Below, one piece after another: positions 52,061 to 64,000 of a stretch of DNA of 64,000 bases (position 1 is its first letter; the number at the start of each line of letters is the position of its first letter). The notes beneath the pieces are model-generated. The model was not told the origin of the DNA, searched no databases, and worked only from the letters and a program-made list of their open reading frames with translations. The stretch covers positions 7,367,220 to 7,431,219 of the forward strand of contig MU054323.1 in the NCBI GenBank assembly GCA_013239625.1. Reading direction: 5' to 3'. This stretch comes from Lama guanicoe. Its lineage: Eukaryota. Both the position numbers and the translations under genes were made by a program.

Positions 52061-55000
52061 TGAGTTCTTAAAACTCATTCGGTCCACGGTAGAATGGGGT
52101 AATGAACCATAAAAGACGCACCTACACCTGATCCTGACGAATGAACGTGACCTAGATGTCTGGGACCCAGTGCTGTCTGCAGGCGGTGGCTAAGATGCCT
52201 GGGAAAGGCAGGTGTGCCCCTGCAGTTGTATATGGAGAGCTGCACTGTGTGAGGAAGGCAAGTGCTGGAAGTGGAAATGTGCATGGGAAGGTGTGTGTGT
52301 GTGAGTGTACACACTTCTGCACACGTCTGTGTGCTGGGTGGCAAAACAGCATTCTGTCAATGACCGCTGTTGTTTTTCTTCCCAGGGATCTCTCCTGTTC
52401 TTGACGGTACCACCTTCTTTCAGGGAAACGCTCCTTCCTCTGTTCTGATGACAGTAGCGCTATCCAAGAGAACCAGAATCCTTTCCTGGAGTTTCCCAGC
52501 CCAAGGGAGGAGAGGCACAACCTCCTGAGGGACAGGCTGTGGATGTGAGTCTGAGGCCATCAGCACCTTGAGAGGTGGCTGCTCTGCAGGAGGAGGGCGT
52601 GAGGACAGCACACTGAGAGAAGCCAAGAGACAGAGAAGCCACAGGTGGACATCCTGGTGGCAGTTCAGTTGGTTTTGTTGTCTGTGGGGACCTCTGCCCT
52701 TCCCCCTCTCCTTTTGCCTTTGTCTTGTAGTTCGGCGCCTTTTGTTTTCTTCTTCCTCTTCCTTTTTTTTTTTTTAAACTGTGGTAAGACAGAAGATCTA
52801 CTAGAGCGTAATTTTTAAGTGTACAGTGCAGTATTGTTAAGTATAAGCACAAGGTTGTACACCAGATCTTTAGAGCTTTTTCATCTTGCTTAACTGAATT
52901 TGTGCTTTTTAGAGTTCGATTTTAATTCCTGAAGCTAAAAGAGTTGAAACTATTATACCAACCAAACGCACAGAACCAGCAAGTTTCATATTGGAGGTTT
53001 TTGTTACTGGCAGTCATATGAGATTTCCACAGAATTGTATATGTTTCTGTATGTATAAATAATTAAAGCTAAAGTTTTAGAACATATTAAAAATATTAGC
53101 ATCATTTTCCACGTTGGTCTGAATAAAAGGTGTGATCTAAAACACTACAACAGTACAGATAATTGCATAATCACTCTGAGAATCCTGGGGAGTTAAAGGG
53201 GCAGGAGCAAGCCTTGGAGGAAGTCAGAGGGCAGAGGGGCACTTTAAGTCTCTGTTTTAAAGTTTGGAAAGTTTGTTTTTAACTGTACTGTTCTGATTTT
53301 TTGACAGACATCAAATTCCCAGAAACCGTTTAATCTAAGGCAAAGATGAAATTTCCTTTCAAATACAGAAATGTCAATATGGGAATATTAGAAAAATACT
53401 ATAGAGGGCAAATCTCTAGAGTGGAACCTTTCAGGAACATAATTTACAATTTCTCACATGATAGCCAGCATCTTTGCCATTTATAAGGTTTTCTTCTGTA
53501 AAAAGTAACCATTACATTTGAGGTCGTCCTTCATTTGGACTAATCAAGTATTGTGTTTGACCACTGGGGCTTATCACCATTTTTATATGCACTGCCTGTT
53601 GAAAAGGTAGAAACTGGAGCCCTTAATTTTTTCCTGCATTTTTGTTACTGTGCATGTTCTTGTCTGAGTCAGTGACTTACATCCTATGCTGAGTTCTACA
53701 TTTCTGGAGAGTAGCTTTATGCCCCCTGAGGATTCTCTGCCCCAGCAGAGGAAGGAACTATGACTGGGATGACGTGCTGGGTTCCTGGCTTTCATCAGAC
53801 TCTGGAGACACAGGTCTGACGCCATTCAGAGGAGAAAATAAAAACTGATGAGTCCTCGAGGAAGCAAATAGGATACTATCTGGAAATTTATACTGTTTGG
53901 TAACTGAGGCCATGAAGAGCCAAATCTATAAATTATGCAATTAATGTCCACATGCTATGTCATAATCTCATCCTGAATAGAAGTGAAATCTAAAGTTCTA
54001 AGGACAACATTGTTAGGATGGAGCATCTTGTTGCCATGCTGCCGCTACTCCAGCAACCACTCTTCTTGGTAAGTTACAGAGCCCCGCCTTCCTTTCAGTC
54101 TCCTAAGGGCTTTGGCTGCACTTGGTCGGTCTGCTGCTCAGCCCCCAGAGCGTCTGCAATAACCACCTCTAGCGTCAGTTAAGTCCACCTCAAAAGAGAT
54201 GCTAGCTGAAATGCTGACTTTAAAGTAAAATCTTAACCCAAGCTACACTACATTATCTGTAACAACTTTCAGAAATAGTAAATACTCTGTGACTGACGAT
54301 TGCAGCTGGTCACTGACTGCCGAGCTGGGGCTTCATACAGCAACATCAAGCCACTGTAGTCCCTCTGCGCAGGCGGCTGCGATGATTATTGCTCCCGGGC
54401 AGTCTTCTTTCAGTCCTCTTGAGCATAAAACATCATCCAGAAAGATGCACTCCCTCTAACAGCCGCTAGCAGCCGCATTCAGCTGTGGTCACTGAATGCA
54501 CAGTGTCCTCAGCCACCATGCCCTCAGGGCCCGCAGGGACTTAGGTGACTCATAGTGACAAAACTCGTAAATGAAGAACTCAGGTGAAGTGAAACCCTAA
54601 GAGATGGTGTTGTTACAACTAACATAAAACCTACAAGCTTCTTTCAATAATCTACCTTGTCCTCCTAGTTTTGAAACAGAAATATTTTTGAGTTAATATT
54701 TAGATTCTGGGTCTGGGTCTGAATGCTATGGGTGTTAAACATAAAAAGTTAAGGCCAGCAATGGTGGCTGTAATATCCAGGCAGGTGGGAGAAGTTTAAT
54801 TGCTTTGTGTTCTTCCATAAGCCTCTGTTCCTCCTGGAGGGAGAGGGCATTACTCGTAAACTCTTCCATCTCTTCCCTACCTGTTCTCTCATTACAGCTT
54901 ACTTTGTCAAGAATGACAACAATATCTTACATTCTCACAGAAGCCCCACAACATATATACTATTGCTGTCCTCATTTTAGAAATAAAGCAGCGAAGATAA

Positions 55001-55292
55001 GAATCTTGCTCAAGGTCTGATGAGAATCAGGATTCGAATGCAGACAGTCTGGCTTGGAAGTCTGTGCTCCAGTACATGATTCCACTTAGTTCTGCCCAAA
55101 AGAAGCGGCTTGGCTATCCTTCTGCTACGAGTGTCCCAGTAAGGCTGCGGACAAGCACTCTTACCTGATCAGGGGCTTGAGTCTCCGTGTGGATAACACT
55201 GTACTACCAAGTCACTCTGATTTAGTCAGTCCTTAAATCCTCTGTTCCAGGGCAGAGGATTCCTACATTGACTCCTTTGCTTCTTTCTAAGG

Positions 55293-55460
55293 CAATTTCC
55301 CAAATTTGCTGGATGCTAAGAATCGTCTGCAATACTTGTTAAATGTGTAGCTTCACAGGATCTCAGGATCCACTGGGTCCGATGTGGTCCCAGAAATGTG
55401 TATTTTTAACGGATGAACCAAGTGATTCTTCTTATCACTCAAGTTCAAGAAACACTGGTC
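55293..55460. mobile_element. MER5-like hAT element
   Basis: caatttcccaaatttg ... tgtgtatttttaac ... caagttcaagaaacactg. Confidence 0.55.
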
Positions 55461-56392
55461 TCGTGGTTTTAGCCAATGGGAACATAGCTGATGTTAAGTA
55501 TTATATATTATAAATATTAAGTCAAAGTGTTATTAAGTAGATGACATTTCTATAGCCAAAATAATCCAAAGCAATCAGTACATACGGTTTTCTTCAGGTT
55601 TGCAGTACGAAGTGCTTTTCTTCAGGAAGGATTTGGGTTGGAATGTCTTCTTTTTTTTGTTTGTTTGGTTTTTTGTTTTTTGGGTTTTTTTTTCTTTTTG
55701 AGTGATGACTGTTAGAAAAAATTCTTTAATGGTTGTGCCCTTGAGCAAGTTTCTGCATTGCTCTGGTGACGGAACAGCTTAAATCAGATAGAAAGTAAAC
55801 CATTTCATACAGTTCTTTTAAGTCCTGCCTAAGAGAATTTTGGAGAAGAGTAAACTAAATAAAGAGGAGAGAGGAGTACACAGTTCTTGTTCCTTAAAGG
55901 ACCCTAAGGAAACTCTTCATATAACTAAGAGGGGGACTCGGGCTTTTCAACTTAAATGTTTATGAATCCTATACAGGATGATTTAGGAGAAATAGGGATT
56001 CGTTCAGTTCACATAGTCTAATCAGGAAGCAGAAACAATCTTTGACGCTCAAAGAACTCTAACGCAAAACTGTTGAAATTTGTGCTCATCAAAATATTGT
56101 TTAATGTTAAAAATAAAAAGATCTAAACATGTCTAATCTGCTTTGACACTATGTTCACTGCTTGTCACAAATGGAGAGTTTCCACCTCAGGCACCACTCA
56201 AAAGCAGGCTCTTTCAGTTGCTATATTTGTAAGTTATCAGAGGGAAAAAAAAAAGAAAGAAGATTAAAAAGTAGAAAATAATATTAAAAGACAGTCAAAA
56301 GAGAAGAAAGCAAGCCAGTCCCTTCTGCCCTGTGGAATGGCCTGCTTCCCAGGCCAGAGGCTGGGACCCAACTCTGAGCAAGACCCACCTAC

Positions 56393-56470
56393 CTCTTGCT
56401 GGGAGTGGGCGCTCCGGAGGACAGGTGGCTCACCATGGTGTCATTCATATTAGTCAGAGGGCGAGGAGGA
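56393..56470 (-). CDS. DTNB: DTNB coding exon, 78 nt, phase 2-2: [25 protein letters not shown](R)
   Basis: Acceptor ttctttcag|TCCTCCTCGC, donor AAGAG|gtaggt; hand translation matches the DTNB linker after the ZZ domain; not in ORF track. Confidence 0.95.
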
Positions 56471-58537
56471 CTGAAAGAAAAGACATTTACATTACATTAA
56501 TAATCACCAGTGAGACCAGGGGAAACAAAAGAAAAAGTGACAAAGGCAAAAGGACCAACTATCATTCCTGATAAGCACAGTGAGGCCCCAGGGGTGGAAA
56601 TCCCTACTTCTAGCCTAAGTAAACTCAACAAGAAGGGTTCTCTCGCACAAAGCCGAAGGACCCCGAGCAGTGCCCTCGCAGGACAGGAGGAGCACTAACT
56701 GTACCCACACGGCCACAGGGATGTCGCTCCGGTGGCCGTTGTTTTATACTTTCAGCACACGAGAGGCTGAGTTCTGCGTTTTCGGTGTTTACAGGATCAC
56801 TAGGTGTGTGGCGTCTGTGGTATGTTACAAAGGTCACAGCAGCAACATGCGTGTTTTTCCTAAGATTTGGTTAGAGCTCACTGTCTTCTCTCTGATTAAG
56901 TTTGTATACTTTTTTACCAAAAACAAATTGTTAAAACTAAATTTTTTATTAACCCTTTACCAGAATCTTAACAATGAGTCCACATTTTATACCTGTACTC
57001 TAATCAGAAGGCTGTCCTTCATAACCTAATCCAGACTTAAATTGGAAGGTTAGCAATTTTGATAACTTGTCTTAAGCTGCTGGTTTTCTGGACTCAAGAT
57101 CTCTTTCTCCCTCTTGTGAGAGTCTTGAATGAATGATTCCAAATGTATCAAAAGTAATCTATGAGTCTGCCTTTCAGCCATTCTTCAGCCCTTCTCCCTC
57201 CCAACCAGGTTTAGCTACAAAGGGCTTCTGTCTTGCACTTGGAGCCACATGACTATTGCTAAATATTCCTCCTGGGAAATTTTTCACTTCCTCTCCTAAA
57301 CTGAAAGAAGTACTTTTCAGAGAAATTTGTCCATCGAGAGCAGAAAAGTCCTCTCATATTTAGGTGTTTGGGAACTACCTCTTGGTTCCTCCTTATCTTT
57401 AAGAGCTGAGTTACTTATGAAACTGTTTTTCAGAGGTTATACTTAGCCAGTCTTGATGAATATTTAGGGACCAGAATCTTCATTGTTTCTGCAGGTTTCA
57501 TAGAACATTCAGACATGGGCTCAAGGGATAATTTTCAGGTAGAGCCAACTTACCTAGAGAAAAAGTTAAGAGGGATGGATGGATGGATGGCTCTATCTCT
57601 GCATCTCTCTCTCTCTACATTCCTTTTTAAAAAAAAATCAATTTCAATTCTGGGTAGCGAAATATCTTTAATGATTTCTCATTTAATGGAGAAGATCAAA
57701 GATGGAAAATAATTTGCAGGGAATGGATTTAGGTCTCTTGATTCTTAAGCCACAGCACTATGTTTCTTGTTACACATTCCTCCTTTTATGTGACAAAGTA
57801 ACCAGACATTCAGAATTGAAATATGCCTTTCTAGGCTAGAATTTAATTCCATATTATTTATCTCACTACCCACCTTCCCAGTTTTGCCCCCAAACTTTCC
57901 AGCCTATTAATGGTAGTGCTGAGCTGAGTTATAATCAATTAATCAACTGTTTTAGGTTGACCAATAATGGAAGTGAATACAGATATTAGCTTAATTTTAA
58001 GTTCTAAATTTATATTTTTGTCTCTGATTTTTTTTAATCCATTGTCCAAAGAGAATAGGGAGATAATTCCTATGAAAGAAACAAATCCAGTATCATAGCT
58101 TTTCATACTTGCAGGCATCAGAAACATTCTGGTATAGAAACTTACACAACTCATCAGATCAGTTTTGTTGATCTTCAACATTCAAAACATATCGAATACC
58201 CTGAACATGTAACCAGATGTTCTATATCTTCTTTGACAAGATCTCAGCAAGGTATCTTTATCTTTAGACACTGATAAGTTCCATGATACCCAAATGATCA
58301 CCAAACATAACTTGGTACAGAGATTTGGGAAGTTCCTTTTTGTTAATGAGACAGATCAATTTTTTTTTAAAATGAGATTAAAACAGATGAATGATATAGG
58401 TGAAAGATAATTTTCCAGTCAGAAGAGGTGGGGGTAAAAAAAAGACATAATTTGTTAATTCTTCATCAAAAGGAAAGAGGCGTTCTTGGGTGCCTACTCA
58501 TACAAGATAAGGAAGACTATCTTTATCACAATGACCT

Positions 58538-58611
58538 TATATATATATATATCTATACATACATATATATAGATATATATATATATATCTGTGTGTATAT
58601 ATATATATATA
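58538..58611. repeat. Imperfect (TA)n microsatellite
   Basis: Directly visible. Confidence 0.95.
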
Positions 58612-60138
58612 AACAAATCATCGCAATGCAAAGTAATGAGAGTAGCAATACAAGTATACACAAAGTGTTGAGGAGTCACAGATGAAGAGCAGTTACTCCT
58701 GCCTGGAAGAATGAGGGAAAGAGTAGTCAGAGTGAAGTAACATTGAGGAGTTTCCCAGATGTAGAAAAAAGTTAAGGGCAACCTAGACAGAAGAAACTGT
58801 ACGGAAAAAGGCACAGAAATCCAAAAGGACGTGGTGTATTAGGATCTAACTTATTTGGCTAGACTCAGGGTCCTTGAAGGGAAGTAGTTGAAAATGCATC
58901 TGGAAAGGGAGATTAGGGCCCAGATGTGAATGACGCCTGTTCCATCACAAGCTAAGAACTAGGACTTTATGCTGCAGGCAGTGGGGGAAGCATTAAAAGG
59001 TTTTAAGCCAAAATGTGATGTGACTATAGCTGGGTTTTCAAACAATAGCTCCAGAAGCTTGTAAAATATTGGCTGTAATCCAGATGTGCATAAGAATCAT
59101 CTGGGAAGCTTTTGTGTGATGAGGTACCCAAGCTCTATCTTCAGTCTAGTGAATCTGAACCTTCAGGGGCAAGAGGATTTTTTCTAATGTACACCCCTAT
59201 TTAAAAATTTATGTGGAATAGGTTTGGAAGGAGAAGGAGATGGAAGCTGGGACATGAATGAAAAGGTTATGGCAGTTGTCAGATCAGTGATTATGAGGGA
59301 GGACAGTGACAGTTAAGATGGGGAAGAGACAAAAGGAAAAACAGTGGGGAGGTAACACAGAGAAGATGTGGTGAAAGGTTAAATCCACAGGGTTAGTGAA
59401 TAAAGAATAATGGAGATTTTTACTGTGACTACTGGGTGGGATGTGATATCATGTCCAGCCTAGGGAACACAAGAGTAGGAACCAGCATTTGGTGTTGGAC
59501 GGGTGGGGGTAGAGACTATAAGCAGGAGGGTTAGGGTGAACGAGATTTCAGACGGAATTTGCTGAATTGAAGAGGCACTGATAAGCATAGGTAAGCAATA
59601 TCTAGAAAGCAGTTGGAAACAGGAGAATGGAACCCAGGTGAAATGTCAAGTTTGAAAATATTTGAGTATCATCATTAAATCGCAGCCATTCATTTGAGTA
59701 TTCTGATCATTATAAAGGTGCATTTTTATTTATTTTTTTAGGTGGAGCAGGGTAAGTTTGGGGAAATACACAGTAATAGGGTGGCTTAGATAATAGGTAC
59801 AGAGCCTCTGGTTACTGGTTAGACAATTTTCCTATTAGGTAGTAAAAATGTAACTCACTGTACAAGTCATTTTCACTTTACTTCTCTTATGTCCAGACCA
59901 CTCCAATTCATTCTGGTGGATGCTCTGGAATGTAGACTAACTTGAAATTAGCATTACTACAGAATCTCTCTCAAGGTTTTTAAAGCTAGGAATAGATGAT
60001 GCCATTTAAATCTCCCAGGACAAATTATATATAACTCTATATTTCTTTATTTCATTTATCAAATATTTGTTGAGCCTCTACAGAGTGGAAGGTACTGTGC
60101 TAGCTGCTGGGGATAAAAATTCAAAGGATGAAAACTTA

Positions 60139-60252
60139 GAAGGGGAGGGTATAACTCAGTGGTAGAGTGCACGCTTAGCATGCACAAGGTCCTGGGTTTA
60201 ATCCCCAGTACCCCCATTAAAAAACAACCAAAAAGTGAAACAAACAAACAAA
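60139..60252 (+). mobile_element. tRNA-derived SINE (camelid Vic-1-like)
   Basis: ggggagggtataactcagtggtagagtgcacgc; TSD AAAGGATGAAAACTTA (60123-60138) / AAAGGATGAAGGCTTA (60253-60268). Confidence 0.9.
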
Positions 60253-60364
60253 AAAGGATGAAGGCTTAAGTCTTATGAAGAAGAAAAATTCAGAAAAAGT
60301 AATTACAATATAATGCAATAAGTATTTAATAGAAGTAAGAAAAACTGCTATGTGCTATGCGGAA

Positions 60365-61520
60365 ATATTGAGATCACCTCACCCTACAAAGAAAAATATA
60401 TTTCCAGTGTGTTAAGGAACTAAATATAAATGTTTAATTATATAGATCAAAAGAAAACATATGGGTCTATGGATAGAGAGGACTTTCTAAGCTCAAAAGC
60501 AATGGAAAAATTAGGAAGGAAAAGATCAATTAACTTGAATGATTTAAATAATCAGAAAAGAAAGAAAAATAGAAATTTGGGGAACTATTTCAACAAATGT
60601 GACAGAACAAAAATTAATAGCTTTAATATACAAGAGATTCATATAAATTTATAACTACTAGATATCAATTAGATAAATGGCAAAGTGAAAATACACCTTT
60701 AGAAAGAAAGAATACAAATAACTCAATTATAAAAATGCGTTAATTATGAAAAAGCGAAGAAATCTGCTAAAATTACAGACTCATTTTCCCTTATGAAAAT
60801 AATAATGATTTTTTTCTTTTAAATTTAAGGTAATCCTCAAGGCTGGAGAGGATTTTGACACAGGCCTTTCACTGACTACTAGCCAGGACTGAAAGTACAA
60901 GCTAAGCAAAATTTCTAGGAAGTAATTTGTCAATATGTCCATCAAAGATCTTTAAAAAAGTTCAAACATTTTGACTAATTTCCTTCCTAGGAATATATTC
61001 CAAGGAATTAATCAGAAATGCAAAGATAATTTTATATTTTAAAATATTTAGGGAAATATTATTCACAATAGAGTAATTTTGGAAGAAACCTAAATGTTCA
61101 AATATGAGAGAAAGGAAAAAGTAAACCATGGTACATCTGTGAATGTAGCCTATTATGCCGCCACTAAAAAATAATGCTTATGCAGAGTTTTCTAATTACA
61201 TGAGAAACAGCTTAGCATGTAAGAGGTAAAAAAGAAGGGCAAGGTAACTATCATACTAGCTAGCAATTACTAAATGTTCAATATATATCTATCAGACATA
61301 GGGTCTGGGGCTTTAAATACATTATTTTATCTTCACAATAACCCTATAAAATAAGACAAAACTGTTTATATGTACAGTGTGGTCTCAGTTAAATAATGTA
61401 ATAAGCGTAAAACAAAATATCTGGAGAAAAAATATCAAAATGTAAGAAAAGTGGAATTCTGGGAATTATTTTTCTTACCTATTTATACTCTCCTGTACTC
61501 TTCCAATTTTTCCTGATTTT
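60365..61520 (+). mobile_element. Very old L1 (L1ME-like) ORF2 3' fragment
   Basis: A-rich; ggaagtaatttgtcaatatg, ttcctaggaatatattccaaggaa, tggaagaaacctaaatgttca motifs. Confidence 0.7.
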
Positions 61521-62139
61521 CAAAGAAAACATGCTTAATGTTTATATATATATATATATATATATAAAGAAGAAAAAAAACAGAAATGAAAATTTTTAAT
61601 AGCACTGAGTCAAATTTTATACAGTGAGCCTATGCTGCTTCTGGTATCATTAAGAAAGCAAACTGAGAAGTTAAGGGAGAACGAGAGGGAACTTCGAGAC
61701 CGTCAGTAGAAGAAAGCCCTGTTAAACGGTGTGAGTGGATCCAAAGTTCCACAACCCCCCAACATCCCTACCACCACACCCCCCAAAAGGAAAGAAAAGA
61801 AAACACTTTAGCTCCATGTACATTATCTCCTCTATTAGACTGTAGGAAATGTGTGTAATTTTTCATCATTGTATTTCGAGTATCTGGCATAGGATGAGAC
61901 ATGGATCAGGCTCTCAGGAAATATTTGACCATGAGTCAGCACCATGCTGTGGAACACATATGAGTGTAGTGTGTGTAAAAAGTAACCTTTCTGTTATATT
62001 TAGCTTTGGTGAGGCTATCCTCTGAGAATGGAATAATGATATTACTAGTTGTTGTATTTGGTAGGTATGTTTGTCATGCTTGCAGCCTAGCAAGTTTTCA
62101 TCTGTGACTTAGTAATGGAATCAAAGTGGAGAGTGTCTT

Positions 62140-62380
62140 TCACAACAACTTACCGAGTGCTGAACGTGTGCCAGACCCAGTTCTAACATCCCTCATGGAT
62201 TCACTCATTTAAACCTCACAGCCACCAAGGAGGTAGATGCTACTACCACCTTTATTTTACAGATGGAGACGCAAATCACGGAGAGAAGTAATGTACCCAT
62301 GGTCACAGCCAACTTGTGTGGCAGAAGCAGGATTTGAACCGAGGCAGTCTGGCTCTTGGATCTGTGTTCCTAATCCTTAT
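62140..62380 (-). mobile_element. MIR SINE
   Basis: tcatttaaacctcaca ... attttacagatggaga ... ggcagaagcaggatttgaaccgaggcagtctggctc. Confidence 0.88.
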
Positions 62381-64000
62381 GGTGTAGTGTCTCTACTACC
62401 TTTGATTGCTGCACTTAATGTAATCAAGCCTGTTTGGCCTATAAATTAAAACCAACAGCATGATGCTAAATCATAGCTCTTGTAGAGTTGTTTCTATAGG
62501 AAGGAAAAACAATAATAACCCCAGGGTATGGTGTGGGGTGATTTATTGTTTCCTCTATCACATCGTTAGAACTCTGAGTTATAAATGCCTCTTTCAACTC
62601 AAGCCATTTGGTTGCAGGCTCTCATTCTTAACCGCCTCTAGGCTGTCCCAAGGAAAACTAAGTAAGCTAGCATGAACTGTGTCCTTCAAAAACATATCTC
62701 TGTTAGAATGACTTTAAAATCTAATCTTAATTTCAAAGCTCTTTTAGATTTGTCATCTAAGCCTGACAAAATACACACATTTAATGAGGAAATTATTGTA
62801 TCAGTCAGACTATTGGTTAAAAAAAAAGTTTAACACTGGGCTCAGGACCAACATTGGGTGTAATTACTTGTCCTGATTTTCAAAGTTGACTTAGATCCAG
62901 GGGTAAACAATTTCTGGATAGGATTCTCTTACCAAGGATGTAAAAGTATAATAATGTTGCTTAAGCAAAATCTCCACTTAAAAATAGTGAATGAATAAAG
63001 AGGTACATGAACAAAGCCAAGTCTGAAGCCTGAGAGGATGGGTGAGACCTTGGGCACCTGTCACTTTTCCGTAGGCCCTTTGATGAACCTTTTCTGGGGG
63101 AAGTCATCCAGGGAGACAGATACTTACCCCTACCCTATACTTTTAAAAACATTGCGTCATTATCTTGTTCTTCCTCCCAGAATGTTTTTTCAGTGGTAAA
63201 GGTTAAGGTTACAGTCCTGCAATTTTCTTTTCCCTTGACAGCTATATGTCACTCATGCACGTTTGGGGACTTTTTACCAGGTTTCATTATGCTATATGCT
63301 TTCATTTAGTTGATTACTTTTTTGCAGTTCCTACAATAATGCTTTACACGTGAGGTAATTGAACATTTTAGTTAAGTACATTTAATCATTTATTATGATT
63401 TTTGTAGCCAGCTATGTGGCCTTCAATCATAGACACCTACGTTGCTTCTGAAATTATCTTTCCCTACTCCTTTTGATAATACTTTCCTCATCTTTAAGAT
63501 TATGCAGCAGATTTCACCATACTTTAAGACAAATTCAAAACCCGGACTCTAGACTACTTCATTCTTTTATCTATCAAACTACTCAGGCCTTCCACATTTC
63601 CCAAGCAAGTTTTTTTTTTTTGCTTTTTCTAAGCCTCTACTTTTAAATCTTCTCCTAGGAACCCAGCCTGGAATGTCTTTCTTCATAGACTTGCCAAGGT
63701 TCCACTCTTTCTGGCTTCTCTTACCAGAGAATTGGCTCCTGAAATTTTAGTATCCCCATAACGCCATTCATTGACTACAAACTCCATTTGAATAAACAAG
63801 GGCCTTATCAGTATTCAAACAAACAAAAACCCATAGTCTATTCATTCCCCACACTCAAGGGCTTTGAGCGAAAACAAAAAACAAAAACAAGCCGAAAGCC
63901 GTCCCTGCCTACAAGAGGTTTATAATTTGCATTAGTCTAACCCTTACTGGTTATCACAGCAATAGGCATTTATGCTTTAGCTTAACATATTACAATCTTT

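Larger units (their letters stand above)
1..64000 (-). other. DTNB: Internal portion of the beta-dystrobrevin gene (introns plus 7 coding exons); gene extends beyond both window ends
   Basis: Seven phase-compatible GT-AG exons splice to (V)[191 protein letters not shown], which I recognise as beta-dystrobrevin. Confidence 0.97.

Noticed and set aside
55165..55241. Candidate extra exon ending in CAG|gtaaga
   Set aside because: Best acceptor is weak and gives 77 nt (frameshifting); no dystrobrevin-like peptide
1..64000. CRISPR arrays, operons, prokaryotic/viral or synthetic inserts, intact retrogenes
   Set aside because: No regularly spaced repeats, long intact ORFs or compositional island other than the L1 5'UTR were seen

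Overview
Mammalian genomic DNA, very probably a camelid (camel/alpaca/llama lineage; inferred from the Vic-1-like tRNA-derived SINEs and the young L1 3' ends). The whole window lies inside the beta-dystrobrevin gene (DTNB), transcribed on the minus strand. Seven consecutive GT-AG coding exons could be read by hand: 56393-56470, 42727-42816, 39062-39149, 28227-28312, 27312-27425, 21462-21558 and a 21-nt microexon at 16150-16170. They join into one open frame (574 nt) encoding the two syntrophin-binding helices and the dystrophin-binding coiled coils. The neighbouring upstream and downstream exons are not in the window. Everything else is intron with ordinary mammalian repeats (L1 of several ages, L2, MIR, MLT1/LTR, hAT MERs, SINEs, microsatellites); almost all ORF-track entries are chance or repeat-derived. 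I see no convincing wholly new biological system. The best leads are (i) the microexon followed by five UGCAUG (RBFOX) motifs, (ii) a young L1 with both termini intact but ORF2 almost entirely deleted and a foreign patch in ORF1 (possible non-autonomous family), (iii) inverted young repeats bracketing exon blocks, (iv) retro-insertions very close to two splice acceptors and (v) a tandem ARE/MARE enhancer candidate. Repeat subfamily names are from recognition, not a database search, and repeat boundaries are approximate.
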